Counted from the stretch's first letter, positions 23,435 through 46,019 are shown. The stretch: 64,000 nucleotides of DNA from the human T2T-CHM13v2.0 reference genome, Homo sapiens (GCF_009914755.1 NC_060943.1), one strand, 5' to 3'. Notes: generated from the letters alone by a model not told the origin. Translations and numbers: made by a program.

Positions 23435-23729
23435 CCACTTCCTCAATCATGAGGCAGGTCTGTCACCCATCAATTTTCCAGGCAGTGGGAAGGACCCCCC
23501 TCTGCACGTTTGGGATGGGGACAGAGTGTTCAGCCTGAGGACAGGCCTTTGGGGGTCAGTTGCGGGGGAGACAGTGTCCAGGGACCCAGGGATCCACACT
23601 CAGGCCTCATCCCCGAGGGCTCAGCCGTGCGGTTGCTGCCGGCAGCCAGGCCTCGACCCACCCCCGCCCAGATCCCAACCTCAAAAAGTGGCCGCTTCTG
23701 TCCAGCTCCCCGCTCCAGGAGCCCCCTAC

Positions 23730-23820
23730 CTTCAAGACTGGCGTGCCCTCTGGGGGAGGAGGGGTCCGTGGGGACAAACTCCCAATGGCCACAGCCCCTG
23801 GCCTCGCAGGAGGTGTCTGA
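23730..23820 (-). other. PEAK3: Probable non-coding exon 1 of PEAK3 (5' boundary uncertain)
   Basis: AAG|GTAGGG donor at 23729 on the - strand; GC-rich, ETS-motif-containing sequence upstream; the ATG exon has an acceptor, so an upstream exon is required. Confidence 0.6.
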
Positions 23821-24616
23821 CCTGGCGCCGGCAGCTGACAGGAAAACGTCCGGCCCACTGTCAGACCGCAGCCCGGGGTGGGGAGGGGACATTTCTGCAA
23901 CACTTCCCCAGCAGCCGAGGCCGCCGCCTCCCCTGCCCGCCCGCAGAGGACAGGATGTAACCGGGAGGGAACAGCCTGGACAGAGACCAGGAGGTGGGAT
24001 CTGAAAGTCAATAGCCCCAGGGCTGACAGCCGGGTGGGGGCAGTGGAAGGCCCCCCACAGCCTCAGAGGCCAGGCTGGGGTGCGGGGCAGTGGGGAGCCC
24101 TGTGAGATGGGGAGAGAGGGGCAGAGCTGGCCCACCGTAGGGGAGCGCACAGAACACGGTGGCGGCTGTCCCTGGAGAAGGTGCAAGTGGGGTCTGTGGG
24201 TTTCACTTCCCCGGGAACCACCTCCCCTCCTGCGGCAGCATCTGAGGAGCCCCCAGCGGCCCCCTGCCCCATCCCAGGGCCCCCGAATGTGGAGCGTGGG
24301 CGAGAACCCTCCCGGCTCTGCCGCGCCTCGCTGTGTGACTGCGGGCAAATCCCCACCCTCTCCGTGCTCCGGCGAAGAAAGAAGAGTGGCTCCCACATCC
24401 CGCCTGCTAACAGCCACGCCTGCTGGATTTTTCTTTGAAAAGATGGAATCGGCTCGTTTTCCCCCTTCCCCCTTCCTCACTGCCTCGATGCATTTATTTA
24501 GAAAAGACGTTTTAGATAAAATCACCATAAATGGAAAAATCAAGAATGGAAAAAACCCAAGGAAAAGCAGACGCGGGGTGAAATTCCAGCTGAACTGCGT
24601 GCCTGTCAAAACTGTC

Positions 24617-27126
<2,510 letters not shown>

Positions 27127-28829
27127 TATTGCAGGACTATTAGCTTCCAAATTACAGACAAACAAACCGAGGCACAGAGAGGGGCAGTGACTTGCCCCAG
27201 GCCACACAGCAATGGAAGCCGGAGACCTGAGCCTCCAGCTTCCCTTGGCTCCACAAGCAAAAGCTCACATGTGGGAATTGTGCCTCTGTCTTGTGGAGGA
27301 AAACAGGAGGAAGTTCATACGCAGGGCTCAGGAATCACCTGGAAAAGATGCCGGCTTGTCGGGGGATGTGGGAGAGAGAGAGACACCCCAAACGCGTGTC
27401 CCTGTCCAGAAGATGGGGGTGAGAGATCCACGAGGGTGCCGGCATGGGCTGGGGCACCCCGAGTGCTGTCCTAGCTCCGTCTGGGAGGGGAAGTCAAGTC
27501 AGGCTTGGTCAGAAGCCACCCAGACATGGGGCGTGAGGATGGCTTGGTCTGGTCCTGGTTTTAGGGGTCCCCTCTTAGGTTTCCAGCCACCAAGGAGATG
27601 GGTGTTACTTTAGCTGGGTCTTGGCTGCCTGAGCAGGGAGGGCCTCTCAGCTGGGGTCTCCCCTGCCCTCCCCCGAGTGCACCCCATAAATGAGTCAGGG
27701 TTCATGGAAACCTTGGAGGTTGCACCTGGTTCATGTCAGGCACTCAGAGCATTGCACAGGGAAGAGGCGGCTCTCCTGGACGGGGACTCTGAGGCCTACA
27801 GGACAATAGTTTCACCTGCCTTTGCTGTAGGAGAGAACGGGAAATCAGTCCCCACGGGAGAGTCCCACAGCTTAGAGCCCCCCTCACCCTCCAGCTGCCT
27901 TGAAACCAGGCATGGAGAGAGGGCCGCCTCACAGTCCCTGACAGGCCTCTGTTCTGCCCCCGAAGGGCAGGGAAATAAAGGAACCTTAGTCCCAGGTTCA
28001 AATGGGGGAACCGAGGCCCAGAGAGTGACACTGGGCTGTGGCGAGTGGGAGACTGCTCTTGGCCGGGTCTTCTGCATCCTAGTTCCGTCCACTTCCATCC
28101 TGAAAAAGCACAAGCTTCTCCCTGTGCCTTCCCGGGCGGGTGGGGTTTGAGACTTCATGCCCACTGTGCCTCAGTTTCCCCACCTGTCACCGCTCCGTGC
28201 CTCGGTTTCTCCATCTGTTGCCGCTCTGTGCCTCAATTTCCCCATCTGTCAGTGAGGACTGGGGTGGGGCTAAAGCACTTTATTAGTCTCACTTCCAAAG
28301 CCAAGACTCCCTGGCTTTTCTCGGAGCCCTCAGAGACAGGCAGGGCAGACATGGGACCCTGTCAGCAGCACCCAGACTCCCCGACAGACCAATTCCAGGA
28401 GGCACAGTGGGGACCCATGTCTTCTTTCTTCCCCGGCCTGAGTTTGGGGCAGGAGTTTCCCAATGGCCCAGCTTTGCCCACTCTTCTCAGCCCCCACCTG
28501 TCCCCAGCTGGGGTCTCAGAGCGGCTTCCCTCCACCCTCTGCCCCTTGCTCGACCCATCTGTAAAATGGGTTCGTTAGCAGGACCCACCCAGCTCACAGG
28601 GCTGGCCTCAGCGTGAAAGGAGGGAACACACACAGCGCCTGGAACAGCGCCGGGAACAGCATGGGCGCTGCAGAAGTGTGGCCTATCACATGTCACTAGT
28701 GGCGTGGAATTCCCTCAGGGTTGGCTTCCCCTGGGGACCCCAGCAGCCCCTCATCCCTCAGCCCTGCCCCCTGTTGCTCCCATGGGAGTAAGAACAAAAT
28801 CTGAAGTTTGTTATTAAATCGGTTCCATT

Positions 28830-28835
28830 TTTATT
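28830..28835 (-). terminator. LINGO3: Probable LINGO3 polyadenylation signal (3' UTR about 2.8 kb)
   Basis: TTTATT on + in an AT-rich patch; no Alu between it and the LINGO3 stop codon. Confidence 0.6.
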
Positions 28836-30451
28836 GGATTTGAACCAAATACAGCAGGATGAGGGGTGGGGGTGCTGAGGGGTCTTAGTTCATGTTGGGA
28901 TGGGGTGGGGGGCTCAGGGGGCTGGGAAATCCTAATATACGGATGCTCTGTGAACCCTAACCTGGCCGAGAATGCACCCCCTCCTGTCTTTGATAGGCTA
29001 AAGGCACTTGGATATCAATTCTGGGGGGCCCTTGGGGTTGTCATGGTAAGCAGAGTCAGACAGGTGCTAAGAAAAAAATTGGTTCTGCCCAATTCAGGGG
29101 TGGCGGTTGGGGTTGCACGAACTTCAGCCCTCACTCATGTCGAGCCCCCTGGGCCATCTGTACATCGTGGTGCTGGCCTGGGCCCTCCCGGCCACAGCTC
29201 AGGGAGAACGGGCTGTTGTCTCCTTCCAGCTCCTTCTGAAACTTTTGCTCAAAGCCTTCAGGGCTGAGCCAGCTTTCTCTCTGTTTCTCTCTGGCTGATC
29301 GATCTCAGAGCAGTCTTCAGGGATCCAGGATCCAAGTCAAGCCATCAAGCTCATCTGCAGGCCTGGCCTCTGAATACAGGGTAATAGGTTTGACCCTCAG
29401 ACCCATTTTACAGATGAGGACACTGATGGTCTAGGTGGTCTTCAGTCACCAGCTGAGATCACATAGCCGGGCAGGAGCAGAGCTGCTTTTGAGCCCTTCC
29501 CGCAAAGTCCTGGAGGGTCTGTCCTAACCTCTTGGTTGGCAGCCAAGCCCCTTTCTGGCTGAGGTTTTGGCCCAACAGTGGTTCCTGTCCCTGCCCCCAG
29601 CAATGTCCTAACTGTCCTCTGGAGGATGTGGAGGGGAGGGGCAAGAACTGGCTGTGAGGAGGCCAGGTCACAGATGGTCCCTGTGGTCCCGGTCTGGTGC
29701 CTGAATCCTTCTGCAAAACCTCAGCTCCTGCTTGTTTGCCCCCCGTGACAGGATGCCCACCATCTGCAGAGCAACCGGGCGGTGACCTCAGGGAAGCTCT
29801 TCCTTGACCAGAGCTGCAGTCGGCCTGTGACCCCAGCTTTGGTCCTGGATCTGCCCCACCTCTGCAGGTGCAGAGACCCAGCTTCCTCCATCACCTTCTC
29901 CCGAGGACCCGGGTCCAGGCCTCCCTGCAGGGTGAAGCCCTTGTTCCGGCCTTGTTCTTGTCACTACACTGCACCGCACGTAGCCGGGATCCCCGGGAAC
30001 CCCCTGTGCTCTTTGGTCTCGTTCCCCACCTGAGCCACGGGTCAGCAGGGCCGGCCATGATGGGGCCACGCTCAGGGCTTGTCTGAGGCCGGCTCAGAGA
30101 TCATGTGTACCTAGGGGCAAAAGTCCCTCCAGTAGACCCATTTGGAAGGACACTCAGCACCCCAGAAGCCATGGTTCTGGGCCGGGGCAGGGTGGCCACC
30201 TCTCCCTTGTGGGGTGGCCCTCTCTTGCCTGCTGTTCTGGGAAGCACGTGGCAGCGGAGGGAGGCGGAGGGCTGGGGTGATGGCTCCTTCTTGTGGACAG
30301 CCCTGCTGGGCTGTGGGGAGGACGGAGGACAGGGCGTGTGGACCCCTGACTGTGACCACCGTGTGTGCTGGGTCCTCAGCAAGACCTGAGCCCAGGCCCC
30401 GAGGTCGGCTGGGAGATGCTCAGCTGAGCAGGCGCTGGGGTGGGCTCTGTG

Positions 30452-31140
30452 TCCCAGGTGTGAGCTGTGTCTCAGTTATGCGTTGTGCCTGTCCCAGGTG
30501 TGAACTGAGCATGTCCCTGGTGTGAGCTGTGCTCTCACGAGAGCCCTGCCTGCCTCTGTGGTCAGCTCTGGTGCCCAGGGCTTGGTTTTAGTGTCAGCTG
30601 GGTGTGAGGGTGTGTGTCTCGGGTGTGAGCTGTGTGTGTCCCAGATGTGAGTTCTGTGTTCTGGGTGTGAGCTGTGTGTTCCAGTGTGAGCTGAGTGTGT
30701 CCTGGGTGTGAGCTGTATCCCGGGTGTGAGCTGTGTGTTCCACTGTGAGCTGTCCTTGTATCAGGTGTGAGCTGAGTGTGTCCTGCGTATGAGCTGTGTG
30801 TCCCGGGTGTGAGCTCTGTGTTCCGGGTGTGAGCTGTGTGTCCCGGGTGTGAGCTGTGTTTCCCGGGTGTAAGCTGTGTGTCCCGGGTGTGAGCTGTGTG
30901 TTCTGGGTGTGAGCTGTGTGTGTCCTGGGTGTGAGCTGTGTGTCCCGGGTGTGAGTTGCGCCTGTCCCGGGTGTGAGCTTTGCTCTCACGAGAGCCCTGC
31001 CTGCCCCCTGCGGTCAGCTCTGGTGCCCCGGGTCTGGTTTTAGTGTCGGCTGGGTGTGAGGTGTGTTGCACCTGTGTGATTGGGTTCCAGGTGTGAGTGT
31101 GTCTCTGGGTGTGAGGTGTAGGACGGCCAGGTGTGAGCAA
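30452..31140. repeat. ~20-22-bp GT-rich minisatellite with a ~91-bp flanking direct repeat, in the probable LINGO3 3' UTR
   Basis: Unit CCGGGTGTGAGCTGTGTGT(C); direct repeat 30519-30609 vs 30970-31061. Confidence 0.9.
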
Positions 31141-31640
31141 TGCAGACTTTCTGCGCACCCTCCCCTTGGGGCTGTGGGGCCCTTTGTGGGACCCGGGTGT
31201 CCACCGTCTCCCCGATGCGATCTGTGTACAAAGGGCTGGGGGAGCGGAAGCCCAGGGCTTGGGGGCAGCAGTCTTGTGCCTCCTGGGTGTGAATTGCGGG
31301 CCCTGAGGATCCTGGGGTCTCTGAGCGCCCCCAGCCACCCCGGGTTGGTAGACGGGAGCCCATCCCCCCATCCTTGCAGCCCGCACCCCCACCCCCCAGC
31401 TCAGCCACCATAGCAGGGACAGGAAGACGGGTTGAAATCTTTAGAAAACGCTTGAGAAACTGCAAAAAAGACGCATGCTGATGAAAAACAGTCCTGCGGT
31501 TGGGCGTCTACAAAAAAAGGGGAAGTTCTGCCTGGGGAGCGCCGTGCAGCCGTCCCCTTCCCCTCCGGGAAATGCATAGGTGGACACGCGAGCGGCCGGC
31601 CCGCGGGGGAGGGGAGGGGAGGGTCCGCCCTGGGGACCCC

Positions 31641-33419
31641 TCAGATCATCTTCATGTTGAACTTGCGCGCGCCTCCCTGGCCCGCCGCGGCGGCCGGCCC
31701 ATCCACCTTGCGGAAGGAGTACTCCACCGAGAAGTTGTTTTTGTGCTGCCCGCGGCCGCGGCTCCACACGAACAGCAGCACGAAGCAGAAGAGGACCACG
31801 CCCAGGAAGGTGATGCAGCCCATGGCGGTGGACACCAGGATGGTGGTGAGGTCGAGCGGCGCGCGCAGGGCCGCCAGCGTCTCGTTGTGGGCCTCGCCCG
31901 GGGTCCGGTTGGCGGCCGGCTCGGGGCGCACGGTCAGCGTGGCGAAGTAGGTGTCGTTGCCGCCCGCGTTGCTGGCCACGCACGTGTAGGTGCCGCTGTC
32001 CTGCGGCCGCGCGTCCTGGATCTCCAGCGTCCCCCCGGGGAGCACGCGCGCCCGGCCCGCGCTGGTGGCCGTCACCGGCCGGTGCTGGGGGGTCACCCAG
32101 GCCACGGTGGGCGCCGGCTCGCCCTCGGCGCGGCAGAGGAAGCGGACGTCTTCGCCCGCGGTGGCCGTGACGCGCTGCAGCCGCCGCTCCCGGATCTTGG
32201 GTTTGCGGCACACGAAGTACTCGAACAGCACGGAGTCCGGCAGGTTTCGCAGCGCGTCGCCGCGCACCTCGGCCGGGGTGGCGCAGGCCGGCAGCCGCCC
32301 GTCGAAGTTGAGGGTCTTGCGACGCTGCACGATCCACAGCAGGCGACAGTCGCAGGCCAGCGGGTTCCCGTCCACGCGCAGCGTCTCTAGCGTGTTCACC
32401 GAGTGGAAGGTGCTCTCCTCCAACGTGGAGAGCAGGTTGTTGGAGAGGTTGAGCAGGCGGATCTGGCGCAGGCCCAGGAAGGCCTGCGGCTCCACCACAG
32501 CCAGCAGGGCCCCGGCCAGGTGCAGCTCGCGCAGGCGGACCAGGTCCCGGAACGACCCCCGCGGCACCGTGCTGATGGGGTTGTGCGACAGATTGAGGCA
32601 GGTGAGGTGCGCCTGGTGCCGCAGCGCGGCGGCCGGCACGGCGGTGATGTTGGTGTGGGTGACCGACAGCGAGGTCAGGTTCAGGCCCCGCAGGCTGCCC
32701 GCCGCCACCTCCTCCAGCAGCGGCCAGTTGTCAATCTCCAGGTGCAGCAGCCCGGGCAGCCTGCGGAAGTTCTGGTCCTCCAGGGAGGCGATGGCCAGGT
32801 GGCGCAGCCGCAGGGCGCCCAGGCTGCGCAGATGGCCCAGCGACTCCCCGGACAGAGCCGTGAGGTTGCAGCGCTCCAGGGTCAGCTCCTCCAGGGCCAG
32901 CAGCCCCGCGAAGGCGCGGCGCGAGACGAATACCAGGTCGTTGTCGCCCACTTCCAGCCGGCGCAGGCTGTGCAGGTCCTGGAAAGTGTAGTCCAGCAGG
33001 ATTACCAGCTTGTTCTCGCTCAGGTCCAGCAGCGTGAGGTTGTCCAGGCGCGTGAAGACCCCGGGCGGGATGAGCTTCAGCTGGTTGCCACGGAGACGCA
33101 GGACGCGCAGGCGCGGCAGGTTGGCGAAGGCGCCGGGCTCCACGTGCGCGATGGCGTTCTCGCTCAGGTCCAGCTCCTCCAGCGCGGGCAGCGCGGCCAG
33201 GTCGCCCGGGTTCAGGCAGCGGATGCGGTTGCGGCTGAGCTCCAGCAGGCGGGTCTCGGCCGGGATGCCGTCGGGCACGGCGGTCAGGCGGCGGCGCGTG
33301 CAGGCCACCGCGCGGGTCTGCACGGTGCACTCGCAGCGGGCCGGGCAGCCTCCAGCCGGGGGCGGCGCCGCGGGCAGCAGGAGCAGGGGCAGGCTCAGGA
33401 CGCACAGCCAGCAGGTCAT
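31641..33419 (-). CDS. LINGO3: Leucine-rich repeat and Ig domain-containing Nogo receptor-interacting protein 3, 592 aa, single coding exon
   Basis: ACCATG at 33419; signal peptide [30 protein letters not shown] array, LRRCT NPLACDC, Ig domain, TM helix, LINGO-type tail KFNMKMI. Confidence 0.97.
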   Translation of the reverse strand: MTCWLCVLSLPLLLLPAAPPPAGGCPARCECTVQTRAVACTRRRLTAVPDGIPAETRLLELSRNRIRCLNPGDLAALPALEELDLSENAIAHVEPGAFANLPRLRVLRLRGNQLKLIPPGVFTRLDNLTLLDLSENKLVILLDYTFQDLHSLRRLEVGDNDLVFVSRRAFAGLLALEELTLERCNLTALSGESLGHLRSLGALRLRHLAIASLEDQNFRRLPGLLHLEIDNWPLLEEVAAGSLRGLNLTSLSVTHTNITAVPAAALRHQAHLTCLNLSHNPISTVPRGSFRDLVRLRELHLAGALLAVVEPQAFLGLRQIRLLNLSNNLLSTLEESTFHSVNTLETLRVDGNPLACDCRLLWIVQRRKTLNFDGRLPACATPAEVRGDALRNLPDSVLFEYFVCRKPKIRERRLQRVTATAGEDVRFLCRAEGEPAPTVAWVTPQHRPVTATSAGRARVLPGGTLEIQDARPQDSGTYTCVASNAGGNDTYFATLTVRPEPAANRTPGEAHNETLAALRAPLDLTTILVSTAMGCITFLGVVLFCFVLLFVWSRGRGQHKNNFSVEYSFRKVDGPAAAAGQGGARKFNMKMI

Positions 33420-33435
33420 GGTGCGGAGCGTGGGC

Positions 33436-33453
33436 CTAGGGCCGCGCCACCAT
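33436..33453 (-). other. Short upstream ORF MVARP* in the LINGO3 5' UTR
   Basis: AGGATGG (A at -3, G at +4) at 33453, TAG at 33438-33436; inside the exon that begins at the cgcag|33465 acceptor. Confidence 0.7.
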
Positions 33454-33554
33454 CCTCCTGCGCACCTGCGGGCGGGCGGGGAGCGGGCAGCGTTAGCACC
33501 GTTAGCACCCCTCCGCGGCGCCTCTGCCGCCAGCCCGCCCCTAACCCGTCCCAG

Positions 33555-36120
<2,566 letters not shown>

Positions 36121-37093
36121 GGCCGACCCAAAAGTTGAACAGAGCCCATGGTTTTCTGGAGGAAGGGTGTGTGGGCTGGGGGAACAGCCACTGCAGAGGC
36201 CCCGAGGTGTGGCGGGAGTCTGGTGAAGCTAAAGGAGAGAGTGGAGGGGGGCGGGGAGCTGGGTTAGGAGGGGCCTCTGGGTGGGGGGCAGATGACATGG
36301 AGCCGTGGTGGCCCAGAGGAACAGGCGCCAATGCTCCGTGGGTCCTGGTAGCTGTGCCTCCTGGGCTGTTTCCGTCTCTCCTGGGAGCCTGCTGCACCCT
36401 TACCAGCTCTTCTTGGCTGCAGCCAAGATTCTGGGGGCTGGGGTGGCGGGTGGAGGTGGGGTTGGAGGGAGCGGGAGGAAGCAGCCAGAACTACCAGGCG
36501 GCATTGCCCAGCTTCTTCTGCTTGGCCGCCTCCCCCGCCAGCCGGCCGGCTATTTTTGGCATCTTGGCAGCTGAGCCCCCCTCGGCATCCCCCCAGGCCC
36601 CGTGGCCCAAACCAGGTTGTGCGTCTCCTCACGGTTCCCACTGGCCTTCGATCCTCATTTGCTAAATATCTGCGAAGGCAGCTCCCGCCTCCCCAGTGCC
36701 TACGCGAATTTAATCCCAGAGCGAACAGACGCGGAGCCCCGGGAGACTGCTTCATGTCAGAGATGAATTGTACGTAAGTGAGGACAGGGTTTGTATCTTG
36801 CAGCTGTAATTCATTAAGATGAGGTCACGCAGGAGCAGGGAGAGCCCTAATTCAATGACTGGCATCCTTATAAGAGGGAAATCTGGACACAGAGACACAG
36901 GCAACGGCCAAGTCACAACACAGGCAGAGACTGGAGTGATTCATCCACAAGTCAAGTGACACCAGGGATGGCCAGCTACCACCGGAAGCTGGAAGAGTCA
37001 GAAAGGGTCTCCCCAAAAGCCCCCAAAGGAAGCTGGACCTGCTTGAGCTTCGACTTCCAGACTCCAGAACTGTGAGAGCAGCAGCTCCTCTTG

Positions 37094-41972
<4,879 letters not shown>

Positions 41973-42500
41973 AGGCTGATTCTTTAGGGGCCTCTGTCCC
42001 CTCCCTTGTCCTCATGCTGTGGTCCTGGGGGAAGGCGACACTTTCAGGGCTCTCTATCTCCATCCTCATCGGTCCCTCGGACCACCCCCCTCCCAGGAAG
42101 CTGCCACCCACCTGGGGCATTACCTCCCATCCTCCCAGGATGGGAACACCATCTGCTCACAGATACCTCCTGATGGTGTGTCCCAGCCACCTGAACTGCA
42201 GCCCAGGGACCCAGCCCCATCCCTGACCTCTCCCAGGGCGACCCACAGAACCCCAGCGTAACCCCGGCCACGCGGAGCCAACCCCAGCTCCACCCTTCCT
42301 CTCCCACAGGCCAGAGTCCTCCCTCGCTCTGGGCCTCCCGCCACTGCCAGGCCTCCGTCCCCCACCCCGAACTCCCCTCCTTCCAGCCGGGCTCCAGTTC
42401 GCCCCCAACATTCAACGCGCTCCTCCTGTTCTGGCATTGGTGTCCCCAGCTGCCAAATGGAACTGGAGTAGGGGGAGGATCAGGCCAGCCCCTGCAAACC

Positions 42501-43128
42501 GCGGTCTCCCCAGGCTCTGTGAACACTGGGGCCTGGTCGTTCTCTGGGGTGGGGCCGTCCTGGGCACTGCAGGGTGCTGAGAAGCGTCCCTGGCCTCCAC
42601 CCACTCCATGCCAGGGACACCACAGATGTCCCCAGACTTTACCAAATGTCCCCTGGGAGCAGAATCACCCTGGTTCAGACCCTCTGGGTTAGGGGATTCC
42701 ACAGACCCCCAAGAGACTCTGCATCCCACAATCCTCAGCCCTGCTGAGGTCCCAGGAGGCTGTGCACGTTGAAATCCACGCCCTGAGTGGGAGGGAGAGA
42801 GGAGGTGAATCCCAGGAGCTGGGGACCCCTGGTTTACACCGTCTGCCGGGTCAGGAGTTGATCCTGGTGTCTGGTGTGAGCAGGGGACAGATTTAGTGTT
42901 TTTTTTTTTAATTTAAATAATTAATGCAGGTCTCTCTTTCTTGGCCCCATGGACATCTTATGTGGATGACTCTCTGTCTTGGGCACTGCCGGGTGCTGAG
43001 AAGCGTCCCTGGCCTCTACCCACTCCAAGCCAGGAGCACCCCCTTCCCAGTCGTGACAGGCACAAATGTCCCTGGACACGGCCCAGAGTCCCCGGCGGGG
43101 CAGAACCTCCCTGAGTGGGTCCTTGCTG
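42501..43128 (-). mobile_element. Two MER20-like elements (42501-42686 and 42927-43128) flanking a spacer paralogous to 8866-9510
   Basis: Reverse-complement MER20 motifs; the spacer aligns by eye with the 8.9-9.5 kb region once its Alus are removed. Confidence 0.7.
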
Positions 43129-43347
43129 TAGAGGACGCTGGCACACAGTGCGCCTCCAGTTCATGCCCCAGGAGGAGCCAGGGTGATTCAGCCTGTTTTA
43201 CACGGGGAGGCGGAGACCCAGAGACGGACGGCGACGTGCTCAGGGCCACACAGCAGAGAGGAAGCAGGTACAAGACGCGACCCCGGGGCTGGGTGCGGTG
43301 GCTCACGCGTCATCCCAGCACTTTGGGAGGCCGAGGAGGGCGGATCA

Positions 43348-44009
<662 letters not shown>

Positions 44010-44029
44010 TAAGGAGCTTACATTCTGGT

Positions 44030-44650
44030 GCGGGTGACACCGTGAAATCAGTGTACGGGACATCAGCTGGTAATAAACGTCACGGAGGTCAGAACAGCTG
44101 TGTCCTCGGGTGACGTCACCTCCTCGGCTCTGCGCCCCGCCGTCCACAGGCGCGAAGCCGGAGCTGGGGTTGGCGACCGAGAACCTTCCTGCCTCCCCTC
44201 CCCAGCAAGGGGCACGTCCCACCAGGCCCGGACTGCCCGTCTGCCCCTGCAGGGCCCCTCGCTCTGGTGGCGGGCTCGGTGAGCTCTGCTGCCCGGTCTC
44301 GGGAGTCTGGGGGAGCGCGGCGTCGACCCCTGTGGAGGGAGGACTCGTGTTTCAAGGACAGAGCCTCATTACCATGCACGACCAGCCGCAGCTGAGGCCG
44401 CAGAGGCCTTTGGCAGGGGGGCCGGGCCGGCGGCAGGGACGGCGTTGGCGGTGGTGGACGGGAGTGGGGGTCTGTCCTGAACAGGTGGGGGTGGTCCCTG
44501 TGCTGGCCCCCGCCATGCGATCGCACCCCAGGACTCTCCTCCTCTTCCTAAGCCCCAGCATGTGCCTGGTGCCGCGCGGGTGCTGGAGGCACAGCGGCTT
44601 CCACGCAGACGCCCGCAGCACCACAGCCTGTGCACGGCGCATCCACGCCC
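44030..44650. promoter_or_regulatory. Intronic CpG-rich element with a perfect palindromic CRE
   Basis: GGTGACGTCACC 44109-44120, half-site ACGTCA ~44077, locally high CpG. Confidence 0.5.
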
Positions 44651-45749
44651 TGTTACAAATGTTCCATTCAACGCCTTCTAGCACATTCACAGATCGTCCG
44701 CCCGCACCTCTAGTTCCAGAACATTCCATCACCCCCAAAAGGAAGCCCCGTCCCCTTCAGCAGTCACTCCCAGCCCCTCCCCAGCCCGGACCCCCACCCA
44801 TCTGCTTCCTGTCTCTGCGAATTGGCCCGTCTGGACATCTCGCATCAATGCAATCGGACTGGCTGTGGCCCCCAGGGACTGGCGTCTTTCCCCCAGCGTC
44901 AAGGTGGGGGCACAAACAGGTGAGAATCGTGCAGCCCAGCTAATGAGCAGATTGTCTGAAAAAAGCGCTGAGGAGCGGAGCTAGCAGGGAGCTGTGGGGG
45001 GGGGGGTCTGTTCCGGGCTGTGGCTGTGTTTGACGGGCCCAGGGAAGACCCTGTCTGAGCTGAGACCTGGATGGGGAGCCGGGGTCAGCAGGGTACAGCT
45101 AAGCGAGGGGCGAGGCTGGCCGGGGGTGTGTCTGCGCTTGCGGGGGTGGGAGCCCTAGCTGGCAACGGCAAAACCACACGGGGCACTGAACCCCCAGGGA
45201 GGTGTCCGGACTTGCATCCACAGGCAATGGGGAGCCATGGGAGGATATGGAGCAAGAGCATGGCGAGATCTGGGTTGCAGTTGGAAGGCGCGTCCAGCTC
45301 TGCGTGGTCCGACCCCAGGTCGCCCTGCCTCACCCAAACCTGGAAAGTCTTGACTCTCGGCTGCACCTCCATCTCCAGAGAGCAGGGCACTATTATCTCC
45401 CTCTCCACCCGGTTACCCACACGCAGAGCTGTGGCCAATGATGGAGCATGGGGAGGCTGAACTGGACACCAGGTGCTGAATCAATGGCCCCTTGTCCACT
45501 CCAGAGCCAGGACAAGAACTCACGGGTCCTCACCTGAATCGGCCACTGACTGCCTTGGGCAGAGACATCGAAGTCTCTGAGCCTCAGTTTCCTCTTCTGC
45601 AAAAGGGAACTGCAGGGTTCCCAGTCACTTCCCTGGGCTGAGCGAGTGAGAAGTCAGGCAAGGAGGTTCCTTCCGGGGAAGTCTCCATTGGGTGCCGGCT
45701 GGGGTCAGGAGCCCAGAGTCCTAGGCCCTGGTTTGCTCCTGGCCATGTG

Positions 45750-45990
45750 TTCACCTCATTCATTCATTCAACAAACATTCATTCAACAAGCATTCATTCA
45801 TTCATTCAACAAGCACTTAAAAACAATGCCTGTGTGCCAGGCACTGGTTTTAAGAGAAACAGCAGTGAACAAAACAGACAAATCCCTGCTTTCTGTCTAT
45901 GGGCAAGAAACAGAAGAAACAAGTAAAGCCGACTGTCACATGGCAGGCCATGGTATGGGAAAAAATAAACAGGGAAGGGGGGCCTGGGGT
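45750..45990 (-). mobile_element. L2 3' end with a (CATT)n tail
   Basis: CATTCATTCAACAAACA..TGTGTGCCAGGCACTG..AGCAGTGAACAAAACAGACAAATCCCTGC. Confidence 0.7.
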
Positions 45991-46019
45991 TGGCAGAATG
46001 GGGTTGGCAGAATGAAGGC

